DNA from: Adineta vaga
Lineage: Eukaryota > Animalia > Rotifera
Direction: 5' to 3'
Length of the DNA: 64,000 bases
Assembly (NCBI GenBank): GCA_021613535.1
Contig: CP075492.1
Coordinates: 806,001 to 870,000 of the forward strand
This document shows, one piece after another, positions 13,645 through 26,260 of this stretch. The translations under genes were made by a program, and so were the position numbers. Position 1 is the stretch's first letter. Each line of letters opens with the position of its first letter. The notes under the pieces were generated by a model. That model had not been told where the DNA came from, searched no databases, and was given only the letters and a program-made list of their open reading frames with translations.

Positions 13645-14156
13645 TTAATTGTCCTTCTTGTTGAGAAGTACTGCAATCACTATAATTATAAAAGTTCAAA
13701 GATTATACATTTAAATGAAAGATACAAAACTTACGAACAATACCAATAATAATTAAACAAATAATAACTACGATCAAAATCCACATCTATACGATTTCAA
13801 ACAAGTGATTAATATACAATCGAATATGTATCATTACTTTTATATTTTGCCACCACATTTTTGTCTTAATATCGCGCGCACTTCGACTGAAAATTTGTGT
13901 ATCGTCGCTCAGTTTATCTAAATAGAGAAATCGTTTTTATTGAACGACGATAATGAAATACTATAACTTGATCTTTCTGCCACAATATCTATGTTTTCTC
14001 CACGTTGAAGAATTCCTTCAATATTTCTAGTCATTTGTATTTTGACCTAAAGTTAAAACAAATCATCATTTGATAATATTTATTAGAAAAGTAAAATCTT
14101 ACGGCATTTAAATCATCATTTATTTGATTCATTTGATTTTCTGTGTTCGATGACAT
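13645..14156 (-). CDS. Synaptobrevin/VAMP-family R-SNARE, 5 short exons (not in ORF track; a further 5' exon is possible)
   Basis: Spliced translation MSSNTENQMNQINDDLNA/VKIQMTRNIEGILQRGENIDIVAERS/xKLSDDTQIFSRSARDIKTKMWWQNIK/MWILIVVIICLIIIGIV/LIAVLLNKKDN*. Zero-layer Arg (QRGE), WWxNxK motif, C-terminal TM; GT-AG introns. Confidence 0.85.
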
Positions 14157-14639
14157 ATTCACATTCTCATGTGTTGGATTAGATACATAAGAAATATTGT
14201 ATTCAGAATGAGTAGACCTTAACAAAAAAAAAAGAACTTCATTTATAAATGAAAAAGACAAACCGTATTAAAAATGTTTATAGATTTACATGATCAATGT
14301 ATTGGTATTGTTACTTTCTCTTTCAAACAACGTGTGCTCAGATTAAAAGAAAAAAGAAAAGTAATGTTTGTTTTAGATTTTAAAAAAAACTCAAAGTATT
14401 GAATTTATGAGAACAGATCCACGCGCATTCAGTCGAATAACTAACGACAACTATCGATACTTTATGTATGGATATTTTGATATAATATAAAACAACTAAA
14501 TTAATTAATTGAAAGAGAATCCTAAAGATAGCAATTTATTCATTTTCCCTTGTATCCATAAGATTCATATTTGATGTGATGAATTGAGACGAATGACTCA
14601 TAGATTATATACGAAATCATGGTGAAATAACATATATAA

Positions 14640-14734
14640 CATCTTGAGGGTGTGAGAATGTGACTATCTTCTCTTAACCCACACCCACACCCTCACCCTC
14701 ACCCACACCCACACCCACACCCACCCTCAAGATG
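14640..14734. repeat. Fold-back motif of telomere-like hexamers with 13-bp perfect terminal inverted repeats
   Basis: CATCTTGAGGGTG (14640-14652) and CACCCTCAAGATG (14722-14734); internal (CCCACA)2(CCCTCA)2(CCCACA)3. Confidence 0.85.
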
Positions 14735-14943
14735 GTTGTGAAGAAAATATGCGATTTTATAATAACCTATTGGATTTATTTAAGAGCAGAAATGACAACA
14801 TCAACGTAAATCTTATCAAAATGTATGTAGATTATCGCTATAAACATACTCGAATTTATTTTATTTGTTTAAAAGTTGTATATATAGAAAAGTCTAAAAT
14901 ACGATTATTTTTAAATAGTTTCTTTCAAACTTCTTTATTTTTG

Positions 14944-15195
14944 TTAACCGCTCCATTCGGTAATAGTTGTAGTACCACCAGGAAGAGTATAAGTTTGTTC
15001 TGTATGTGATGTTTGTTGTCCATTTCCTCTACCATTATCGAATGGTTTTGCATTAGCAGCTGGAGCAAGATTGAAAGGATCAGTTTGCCATTGTTCAGAA
15101 CCATAATTTGGAGCTAGAAAATATTGAATACAAATAAATCTCTATATCATTATTAATTTACGAAGATTTGGAATTTGTTGTTGTTGAGAAGACAT
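14944..15195 (-). CDS. 67-aa hydrophilic peptide, 2 exons, function unknown
   Basis: Exons 15195-15162 and 15113-14944; GTAAAT...TTCTAG intron; 204 nt in frame: MSSQQQQIPNLPPNYGSEQWQTDPFNLAPAANAKPFDNGRGNGQQTSHTEQTYTLPGGTTTITEWSG*. Confidence 0.6.
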
Positions 15196-15540
15196 GATGT
15201 TTTCTGTTAAGTTTACTAAAAGATTTTATTAAGAAATATAAAAATATCTGAGTATTTATATATCTTTTTTCTTTCTTGATTGATATCAAATATTGACGTC
15301 AAAGAAAAATAAAAATTAATGAGTACATATAGCAAAATGATGTAAAGAATATTATTTTTAGTTTTTATCATAAAAAAATCTATCATTTTTTTCGTAAGAT
15401 ACAAAACGGAGAGGTGTTCTCTTCACTCACGTGTTAGAATGTTTATATAAAATATTTCGTCTTTTCTTCATGAAAAATCAAAGTACTCTTTTACTCTTCT
15501 GTTTTTATGTTGTTGATCATTTATACATACTCATGACGTA

Positions 15541-15715
15541 GGTAAAGTTACCACCATATTCGAGTATTTCTCGTCTGGATTCGCCGGAGAACCCGTACTG
15601 AACTCAGCATTTAATTCTCTAGCGAATGATGTAGTTTTCGGCATGGGTTGGCAAGAAAAGAAAGTTTTCATATCCACACCCACTCTCAATACTCGAATAT
15701 GGTGCTAACTTTACT
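15541..15715. mobile_element. MITE with ~28-bp TIRs and TA flanks (Tc1/mariner-like)
   Basis: TA|GGTAAAGTTACCACCATATTCGAGTATT versus AATACTCGAATATGGTGCTAACTTTACT|TA; 2 mismatches. Confidence 0.75.
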
Positions 15716-17134
15716 TAGGTATAATCATGCATAATAATAAATTTGAAAGATTCTTTCTTGTGTTAATATTTTAAATAACAAATGATAGAAACTATTCTTT
15801 GTCTTGGTTCTAAAAAGATCAATTACGTTTCAATTAAATATACTGATAAATATTGTTTATTACGCGATAAAAATTTGTCAAATATTCAGCGATTTTTTTT
15901 CAAATTTCTAATTATATAAAAAAGTAAAGATAAAGAAAAGTAATTTTCAGTACTATGTTTATCAGTAATATGTGAAGTATCCTCTTAACTTAATCCAAGA
16001 AAATATTTAGTTTTTGTTCGATTTTATCATCTGTACTTGATACTATTAAGCTATATGGAGAATTGTGTTTAGTTTATCGTATAAAAGACGTATTTTTATA
16101 TTTAGAAATGAAACAAATGAGAAAGAAAAAACGAAAAATTTTCCTTTTTCCTATAATTATATCAAAGCATATCTTCATCAATTATATTTTGTTAACCTAA
16201 AATAAAAATCTCATTTAAATAGCAAAAATGATTACTAAATATTCCAGATTCAGTCGCATTTTTTGTTAGAATAAGGGTGATATTACTTTGGAAGTATCAT
16301 TGTTTAATGATAGACCTAGATCTATTCAAATGATGATTGCTTCTTGGAAATCCTTGAAAAGAAAAACTATGTAGAAAATCGAATATATAGATTTGATTTT
16401 ATTAAAATTCATATCTATTAATCATATTATAATATTGTGCCAATCGACACTTCTATCTAGATACTACATCTTATGTGCTATCATTTGGAAATGTCAATTA
16501 TGGGATATCGTCCTTACGTAATATTCGTTTCATACTAATGTTCGCATTATGAATATTACCTTGTACTCTTACTGTTCCTTCTATTCTGTATAAAAGACGA
16601 TATTCGATATTGTATGATACACAACTGGAGTATCATTAAATGTGAGTAGCTGTCTAATTCGACTTACGATATAAATCAACCTCGCTTAAACTTTGTACAT
16701 AAATCATAAGCATAAAAATTAACTAGCAAAGACAAAGCACAAAGTTTTGATATATTATAAATTTATCAATGGAAACAATATTTTTGGTAGGATTGGTTAG
16801 CCAGAGCTAAATTAGTGGCATGAATTTCAGCAACTGTGGATTTATTCAAAGTTGTAATGGTATTTCGTAACGATCAAGACGAAATAACTGATTTAAACCA
16901 TTTGAAAGTTAAAAATAAATCATGGAAATTGCATTACATCATGTGCGATAGCTATAGTCTTATATGATTGAAACATCTTTAAATCATACAAAAATGAAAA
17001 TTAAATCATTCAAATACAGGAAGCCGTACATCTTTTGCCGTTCATCGACACTAGTTCTTGTTGGGTAATATATGGCGTTTAAGTTCGAGTATGCGAAGAT
17101 TATGTCTGACGGTAATATGAATTCATCGAGTTAC

Positions 17135-17207
17135 AAGGGGAAAAAGCGAGACTTCATCTAACTTCAGACAATGCATGAAGTAGATGTAGTCCCGCTTTTC
17201 CCCCCTT
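17135..17207. repeat. Long imperfect hairpin (~31-bp stem, 9-nt loop)
   Basis: AAGGGGAAAAAGCGAGACTTCATCTAACTTCA-gacaatgca-TGAAGTAGATGTAGTCCCGCTTTTCCCCCCTT. Confidence 0.75.
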
Positions 17208-18786
17208 TTCGAGACATCACGTAAAATTTCCCAAACTCCGATAACTCGTTCGCCTTCCAGCTGGGGGTAGGACATTTACGTTTATGCTAAATAAACGTTC
17301 ACGGATTCCGTTAATTAACGCCCGTTAATGAACTCGCGTTAAATTAAATGATCCACCCCTACTTCCAACGCAAACAGTATATCACATAGAAATCACGCTA
17401 TACTGAAAGTCTTTACCATAGGTTTCACTTATTCCTGATGAACCCTTCAAAGCAACAATATCGACGAAAAACACACAGATTTCCTCAGATACCGTTGAAA
17501 ATCAAGCGAGCAAGTGCACCGAATATAAGAGCCTTAAGCTTTATCCGTGTGTTCTTCTCAAATCAGGAAACTCGCAGCCTCCGTCATATGGGACAGTTAT
17601 TGATCCGTTTTTACGCTTTTCAGAAGTTAGTAGAAAAATTTCAGTACTTGTCTGTGCGGAAATGGTTGTATCTGACAACATTGGGCCGAGAAGGATTAAA
17701 GGTGTGATAAACGTAATATGTCAAATCTTAATCACTCTTTGAAAAAAGATAGAAATATTTTTTGAAAGTGTTGAATTGAATTAGATTCGTACCAAAATTA
17801 TCAATCTTGATATCTTTCTAAGAGATGAAGACAAACCATCCTTTATTTATAAATTTATAATTTATAGAAACTTCATCTTTACGCTAAAGTAATAGGACAA
17901 AGACTATCTATTAGTAATTTATAAATACTTTTTCTTTGTGCCAAAGTTTTAGAACGAAGATCGATAATTTTATTTTAGAAGTGAAGTTTTACATTTTACA
18001 GTTAGTTTATATCATAATTATAATTGGACAACTTATGTAAAATGTAATGTACATCCTTTACATGAAGAATAGCGATAACACTATTTCTCCAATTTGTTTT
18101 TGTAATCACAAATAATAATAAAAAATAAAAAGCTGCAGCAGTAATGAAATATTATTTTATCTGATTTTTTTCCGTTACAAATAGTTCTTCTGTTTTTCTT
18201 AAGAGAACTAACTATCGTTTTCGATGTTTTTATAGAGAAAATATTTATGTTGTTTTTGATAAAAACATATATAATGTATTTTTTCAATCGGATATAAAAA
18301 AACACATCCTTTGATATTCAGTTGAAAAGTTTTCTTTTGAAAAACTAGAATGTGTCTCTGAAAATAACTGAATTGTTTATTTTTGCATTGATTTATTACA
18401 ATTGTAACGATTTCTGAGTTCAAAAGAACTTGTTTAAGAGTATATATGTGTATATATTTATTCTTTATAAGAAATCACTACTATACTGTATTTTCTTCGT
18501 TCTTTATATAATACTCAGCAAGATACAGTCACGCACTAATACAAAAATATCTAAGTATCACACGTTGACATAATTCTTAAGTCAATAACAAAATTAAGAT
18601 AAATGGAAAGGAATAAGACATGGAAATATAATGTATGATCCAGATACATATATTAATCATAAGAAGACAGTAGAAAAGTAAGTTAGAGGTCAAAGTAGAG
18701 AAAGAGAGAGAAAAAATATTCGTCAAGGATAAATAATATAATATGTAAAAAGAAAAGAATGCACAACCTTTTAGATTGTCACAATA

Positions 18787-19521
18787 ATGAGTGAATCATG
18801 GTTTATTCCTGTTGTTTTCGAAATGATTATTTCTCTTATTTTTTTATATATTATTATTATTAACAAAATATGTCATACAACTAGCAGGGTATTAATCGGT
18901 AATACATGTTTAGTGGCATTTATATTTCGATGTGATGGACTTAGTGTATTTGTTTTTATGATTAAAAATGATATAAAACAAATAGAATATAAAGATTCAC
19001 TTTGTATCCTTCATGCTTATCTTGGTTATGCGATATGTGCTGCATTAAATTATTCATTTTTATTACAAGTATTATATCGATATATAACAGTTGTTTATCC
19101 AACTCGTTTATTTTATCAAACAAGAAAATGTCAAATATTACTTATTATTCTAATATAATTATTTAGTTTTATTAATCCTTTTGTTTATACATTTACAAAT
19201 GAAATTCAATATAATATTGACAATCAAATATGTCAAATACTATTACAAGGTTCTTTTTCGTTGATTTACATGGGATTTTGTTCTTATATAATTCCCGTCT
19301 TGTTAATTATATTTACTTATATAAAATGAATTCGATATGTTCATTAAATAAGTAAACGTGTTACGCCTATAACTATTTATTCTCGAGCACAAAAAGAATT
19401 AAAAATGGTTCAACGAATTGTTATACTTGTTATGATTGCTTTATTTCAATTTACTGAACCAGTTAAATCATATTTCCAGAAAAAACGAATAAATGTAATT
19501 GTTGTAGAAAGAGTGGGATAA
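18787..19521 (+). pseudogene. Class A GPCR pseudogene
   Basis: LQVLYRYITVVYP (TM3); TAA 19156-19158 at the TM4 Trp position; TGA near 19327; TM6-7 largely deleted. Confidence 0.8.
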
Positions 19522-19644
19522 ATAAATATTGTCTTGTATCACATATTTTCTATCAAATTTCTCATCGAGATATTTGAGTTATCCACATTATATATATATA
19601 TATTTAATAAATTATATTTCTATTTTTCTGTATGAATGATTATA

Positions 19645-20379
19645 TGGGCAAAATCATTTTAATAGCGACGTGACATCGTACAGTTGCAACACGTATATCT
19701 CACACTAATAAAGTACTTTAGAGCTGTTTTTTCTATATTGTATACATGTTCATGTGTCGCAAATACTTTGGAAAACTTAGCTCTCAAGACTTCTATTTGA
19801 TGGAGTTATTAATGAAAAAGTAGCGTTAGCGACGTGACGTCAAAAAATACATTGATTATCAGTTTTTGACTTTCGAATGAAAATCACTCCAAGCAAAAGG
19901 ATATTTTCACAAAACTAACTAGTCCAGTTTCTAAGCCTTTGTTCTGGCTATTGAACCTATTTCGCGTTGGTGACGTGACAGACTACGACTGTACCGAAGA
20001 AAATTTGCTCGAAAAATTAAAAAGAAAGTTTCAAATTAATTTCGACAGATGTAAACCTTTCTTTAGACTTACGGGTTTATATTGCCATAAAAACTTCTGT
20101 TTCAGAACCCACGAGATCTCTGGAGATCCTGTTTGTGCGTAGGAAATTTTTCGAAACCAATTTGGCTGAAAATTTCATTATAGATGTACCTCATATTGAA
20201 TAGTCCCTTCTGAAACTTTTAGATATTTTTCTCTTACGGTTCTTGGGATATTCACTAACTACTGTTTAATTAATTTCCGTTAGTAGTTAGTCGAAAGAAA
20301 TTTTCTAAATAAAATGTTCTTCTAATACATTGAACAGAAACAAGAGCGGTAAATGTCCTGTTTCGCGTGATTTTACCCA
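19645..20379. mobile_element. Non-autonomous TIR element inserted in a (TA)n context
   Basis: TATA|TGGGCAAAATCA ... TGATTTTACCCA|TATA (1 mismatch); internal GACGTGAC repeats; no credible ORF. Confidence 0.6.
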
Positions 20380-20393
20380 TATATATATATGGA

Positions 20394-21100
20394 TCAGTTG
20401 TAATTAATAGGAACTAACGGAGCCAAGCCACACGTACCGTAGACATTCTTCGAGGCATTTAATGTTTGTTGTCCATTGACAATCCAAAGTTTCACTATTT
20501 TTGTGACGGGATCTAAGCATGCGGCAATGTAATATATCCAGTCTCTGTCTCGATTTAACTGCATGTATTCTTTGACGAACGTCCAAAGCATCATCATTGA
20601 CTCATAGGGCATTTCAGTCTCTGGATGCGTCTTGAATGAGATAATACTTATCGGCTGAGATCTTCAAATCTATTAAAGTAAATATGGAAAGAGTAGTACT
20701 TGTCAAAGTCTGCGATGATAGATAAAGATTATGATCACTACCAATAATAACGACAGTTGAATTATCAGATTTAAGAGTTAATTGAAATTTAGCAAGAGCT
20801 ACTGGAGTAAATATAGGAGTATTAAGAGGAATCACTGGAGCAGAGCAGACTGTGCTAGAGACAGAACTCAGTGACGTGTTACTCGATGTTGATGATTGAA
20901 TAACTTGACGCTTCTGAAGTTTCTGAGATTTCTTTTCGTCCATAGAAGTAATGTCTAGAGCAGTGTTGATAGATCGACCTCGGCGAAGTCTAAAACAAGC
21001 GGGAGAACCAATATCGATTGAGTTCTTACAGGCTGAATGTCTGGCAACTGATTGGGCCGTCACAGTATTGGCTTGAGCATACACCCTTAGATCGACTCCC
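20394..21100 (-). pseudogene. GC-richer intronless coding fragment, probably of an extracellular protein; frameshifted and 5'-truncated
   Basis: ORFs 20614-21084 and 20394-20612 abut with a frame change; Cys pairs, Ser/Thr linker after KRQ; composition differs from flanks. Confidence 0.4.
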
Positions 21101-21500
21101 TTTGTATATCTCTTTTAAAATAGTGAGTCGAGAAAACGTCAATGAATCGCTTGTAACAATATAAAATTCCTCTTTCTGAAATGAATAAATTTACCTTGGC
21201 AAATACGACGTCATCACTTCTAACTCGACAGATTATTAGCTAACGTATAGCACGTAACGGAAATTGTTTACTAATAGCAATGCTTTCAAAAGGTACGTTT
21301 TGTAAGCTATACGACAATGGGTTTATATTTATCAAGACTCTCTCCTCGATGTTTTCAGAGAAAATATTCCTGTATGCAATCTGACTTATTAGTTCACTTT
21401 CTTCGAGGGTAGACGACGATTTGAATACTCTCTTAATCTATACCTTTTTTTATAATTAAAAAGAGATTATTGATTAGAAAAACTTCTTGGTTCATAAAAA

Positions 21501-22391
21501 ATGAATGTTTCAATACCAACATCCACGGGCATACGACATAGTTCGGCAAATTTTAGTTTACTTGGCCCTTCATCTATGACGTTTGCGATGATCGCTATCA
21601 TTATTGCATCTATAGTTTCAATATGGATATGTTTTGAAAAACAATTTCACTCCATAACCAATATGTTAGTTTGTAACGTAAGTATCTCATCCATTTTATA
21701 TTGTACAGTTCAATTGAATAATTTTACTTATCTTCTATTCATTATTTGGGATACAAATGATATATTATGTCGATGGCGGGCTTATTTTACTTATGTAGCT
21801 GTAGTTGCTGTTGTTTACTCATATTTATTACAAGCTCTATCACGATTGTTTTTTACTGTTTTCTCTACACAATATGCATGGTTGGCATTATTAAAAACAC
21901 ACATAATCTTACTTTTTGTTGAATGAACTATGGTTTTAGTTGTCCCGTTACCTGCACTAATGACAAAAGACATTTATTTTCGTTTGAGGTTTTTATGTTG
22001 GGTACCAACCAAATTTATTTTACATACTGTTTATGCTGTACTCGTCTATTATTTCATTCCTGCTTTAGCAGTTATAATAATTTATACTATGATTTATTTG
22101 CAAATTAAGCGAAATAAGAACAATTTGAGGAGGGATGGGACGGTTAGGAGAAGGCAAAATCGTGATATGGAAGTACTTCGTAATATAGCGATCTTATTTA
22201 GTATTTATATTCTTGGTGGACTTCCATGGGGTTTATATATTGTGACGAAGATTGAGTTGTTGTACTCATGTAGTATTGTCTCTACAACATTGACTGTAGC
22301 TATTGAAAAAGCAGCTTTAATAGCACTTAATCGAAAAATGCGAAATTCCATTAAAAAGCGTTTTTTACATCTTACATGTCGACTTTCGTGA
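21501..22391 (+). pseudogene. Class A GPCR, intact apart from one TGA at the TM4 Trp
   Basis: ORFs 21501-21926 and 21930-22391 share a frame (LFVE*TMVLVVPLP); 7 hydrophobic segments; LLQALSRLF in TM3. Confidence 0.8.
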
Positions 22392-22516
22392 AGACACTTC
22401 TTATCTGTTAATGACTTTAATTTGATTTAAATATTCTTATTGATCTCTTTCGTGTATAATACAAATATATAATGCTTTACTGAGTTATTCTAAGTCGATT
22501 CGATCTGAATTCATTC

Positions 22517-23110
22517 TTAACCCCTAGAGGACGGATGATGTATATCGGTAAATTGCAAAACTATTGTACCGTTTGGAGTGAAAAATCAACGAAAAAGAAT
22601 TTTTTGATTTTCAACCCAATCAATACTGCTTTTAGTTGTACTATATGAGAGCAGAAAAAGTGTAAATTTTCCCCACTATTGCATTTAGTATAGCTTCGAT
22701 ATATGAGAAACATTAAAAAGTGCTATGAATTACTGTACTACTGCTGGGTCGAAAAATGGTTTAAATATTAGAGATTCGCAGAATGTGTTGAAAATACTTC
22801 AGTTTATATCACTTGAACATCATTCAGAGTCAAGTTTAATGAAGCGTGTTTAGGGTACTAGCAAACGTTACGATAGCTCCTTAAACAGAACATCAAGTTA
22901 TATGTAATGTGCGTACTTCAACGTTAGTTTTGTACTAATAATAAAGAGAAAAATCTAAACTAATTATTCCTCAAAAATCTCGTGTGACATTTTTGCACTA
23001 TTTGCTTGACTTACATATGAAAGATACGTTTTCTAATGGCAATATTTTCTACAATAGTTCACTATAACTAGTAAATAAAATGATAAAAATGCCAGCTCAA
23101 TCTGTCTTAT
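22517..23110. mobile_element. Possible piggyBac-type non-autonomous fragment (left end only)
   Basis: TTAA|CCCCTAGAGGACGG start and a shift in composition; no right TIR found before the mariner. Confidence 0.3.
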
Positions 23111-23112
23111 TA

Positions 23113-24698
23113 CCGTGTCCGGAGAGTTCGTGTAACTTATATATTATGAGACAATATGATAATAATTACTGCCTTTATTATATGTAATAACCTTCGCTAG
23201 CAACCACACGTTGTCATCGGTCATACAAACTTTTTATTCCATTGAAAAAAATCTGAATCAAGATTTCTTAAGTACTTCTCCACAGTCGCTATCACTTCGT
23301 CGTCAGAGTCAAAATCCTTGCCACGAAGAAATGCATTCATTTTTTTGAACAAATAATAATCACTAAGAGCAGTATCCGGAGAATAGGCAGGATGGTTCAG
23401 TTCGACGAAATTCACCTTACGAATAGCACCTTATGCAACGTTGTTCTTGTGGACAAACGCATTGTCATGAAGAAGGAGTATCTCATCGGTGATCTTTTAG
23501 TGACGTTTCGCTTGAATAGTGATACGGAGTTGCTCGACAAGTGAAGCATAATAGCAACTATTGATCGTCTCCCCACGAGTCAGGTAGTCGGTAAGCAGCA
23601 CACCTTCTTCGTCCCAGAAAACAACGAGCATGACCTTGCCTGCGGTTCGCTCTCGACTGACTTGGCGTTTCATCCCCGGTTATGATACGACTGATAAATT
23701 TGGCCGAATTCGGTTCACATGTCCGCAGTAGCTCTTGACAACACTCCACTCGGTTAATACGTTGAAACGGGATCAACAATTTCGGCACCCAACGAATGCA
23801 GACCTTGCGCATACCTAAATGATTGCTCATAATTTCGTGAACAATGGTTTTTGAAATGTTCAACTCATCAGCTACGCGACGAACGGAAATTTGTTGATCA
23901 CGCATTACAATATCTTCCACGGTTTTAATATTTTCATCAGTGGTTGTAGTCGATGGACAACCACTTGGTGGTGCGTCTTCAAAGTCGCGCGTTGGATCAT
24001 CTTTAAATTCAGCCATCCATTTTGCAACAGCACGATACACTGGAGACGAGTCGTTATAAACTTCTTTCAGTTCCTTGATAATTTCGATAGCGTTCAGTCC
24101 TTTTCGACTAAAAACTTTATGATCGTTCGATATTCGACGTTTGACATGTGTAAAAGAGGAATAGACACGAAATCCATAATACTGAATGGCAACGCAATAT
24201 GTTTCTATATTGTAACCAGGAGAATGAATAACAACAGCAAAAAGTTACGCATACCACACATATTCATATAAAAAAGAAAGAAAGATCGTACAAAGCGAAA
24301 GAATATATATTCCAAAAAAGATTTGTTCGTTCGTTTTGTACATTGTTCTCTTTACTTCGTGATACGTACCACGTCTTGCTTATCTAATTCATTGTGTAAT
24401 GATATCGAATAATACTCATATAATCTTGAAATAAAATCATCAATGATTATAGTAAAATCCAGAAGTGTATTTTTTTGCAGTTTGGTATCATTTATTTTGT
24501 TATTTATTCTTGACTGCTCCATTAGCTAATTCTTATGGATAGACATGGTTGTGAAAACTAATTCTTTCCACAAAACAATGCAATGAGTCGAGAAGAAGAT
24601 CTGTATCGTGTGGAAAACTCGTGTTTTGCACAATAACATGAACTAAATGTTTCATATATGCAATTGAGATACAGTTGCACGAACTTTCTGGACAACCC
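23113..24698 (-). mobile_element. Mariner (DD34D) transposon with decayed transposase
   Basis: TA-flanked ~26-bp imperfect TIRs (CCGTGTCCGGAGAGTTCGTGTAACT / AGTTGCACGAACTTTCTGGACAACCC). Motifs WVPKLL, ITGDET, LLHDNA, YSPDTALSDYYLF; frameshifts and stops. Confidence 0.92.
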
Positions 24699-24757
24699 TA
24701 TAATAGAATGTGATACCCTCACCCACTCTCCGGATGAAGAAAAAAGTCAATAATTTA

Positions 24758-26260
24758 TTATGAATGACAAGAACAGTTACAACGAATATAACTATGACCA
24801 TGATCACGAGTATAATAATCATCTGGAGAAGTATCATAATGACCACGAGAAACCATGACAGGAATACGATCAATAGCAGCATAATAAACAACATCACGAG
24901 CACGACAATTAAAACAAGGTATATTTGGCGAAGATGATTGTGCAGGTATTGTTGATGATTGAATTGTTTGTGTATCTAAATAAAAATGTTAACAAATGTC
25001 ATTGTATGTTACATGTCGTAACAATTCTAACACGAGATAAATATCGCAAAACATAAGGAGAAATAATACCCATTTTAAAAACGTGTATCTTGACATAATA
25101 TGTTAATCTGGACTCTATTGTCGCCATTCACATATTATGAAGAGGTGATAGTTTTGTTGTCTTTTCGGAACGAGAGAAATTTTATCTTCGATATAAGCAT
25201 CAATGTTATTAAAATATAACAATAGTAATGGAGAACTCTTCTTCACTCTCGCTCATTTACACTTATTTTTCGACAGATTTATTTAGCAAAAGTTAATTTC
25301 AACAGTATTAGTCCGGTATTGAAATATGCGAAATGTTACCTTTCATATTGTTGTTGATGTTCTTTCTAGAATAATTATAAGACAATAGAATATATTACGA
25401 AAATATGTACATTATTATATGAATACTTGTTAAACGAGAATGTTGATGATTGACTAATACCTGAGTTTGTATTGCTTGTTGTTGTTGCAAGAATCTAAAT
25501 ACAAAAGATATGATTAGATGAATGTTTAGATTCGATATATGTTTAGATAAACTAACTTCTGGTACAAGTTCAACAAGAGGAACAGGTGATTTAGTTTCTT
25601 TGAGCTGTATGATACATAGATCTTTACCTTGAGGTAAACATGTAATGATCTCAAACTGTCGACCAGGTGAAAGAAGAATTTCATCTTCATTTTGATAAAC
25701 TGAATGTTGTCGAATGTCTTGTCCACTATCACATTCGATTGCACAGAGAGCTCTAGCGCCTGTTGAACCCAAAAATTGCTCACTACTCAAAACATCCAAT
25801 TTAAGAGTACACGAACTAAAACCCCACCAATAAACCATTTGTCCTCTCTGATATTCAGATCGTAAATCACGTTTTACACCATGATAGACAGTGCTGTAAG
25901 TAACAATTTAAGATAACGAAACCAAGGTTTCAATTTTTGATGATTTTCATCACGTAATGTCGCATTTAAAACAAAGTAAAGACATTTGTTTTGTGGTGAC
26001 CAGTCCATTGAGTAGAGACGAATTGCAGCTAACTGATCGGTTGTAAGTTGATTTGCTGGAGGATTGTCACATTTTCATTTGGCCCAAAATATCTGATTCA
26101 TTACACCATAAACAATAGAGATCAGAGGTTCAACAGCTTGCTCAATTGGAACAAAAGGTTCATTAGCATAGCCTTGAGTAGGCATTAGTTTTCTATTAGA
26201 TTTCTCTTCAACGTCTGAAAAACCTAATTTGTGTTCTGTTGTATTAACATTTGTAGAGAA
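24758..26260 (-). pseudogene. NAD:arginine-type ADP-ribosyltransferase pseudogene with a Cys/His-rich last exon
   Basis: AAIRLYSMDW, LNATLRDE, KLKPWF, YHGVK, WWGFSSCT, EDEILL; frameshifts near 26080 and 25890. Last exon 24975-24758 encodes PCFNC...HGHSYIRCNCSCHS*. Confidence 0.8.

Noticed and set aside
16200-16970. Possible degraded coding remnant
   Set aside because: No consistent frame or recognisable motif.
23891-24271. 126-aa plus-strand ORF
   Set aside because: Antisense to the mariner transposase.
24652-24903. Very hydrophobic 83-aa ORF
   Set aside because: Alternative frame of the ART last exon; it runs into the mariner TIR.
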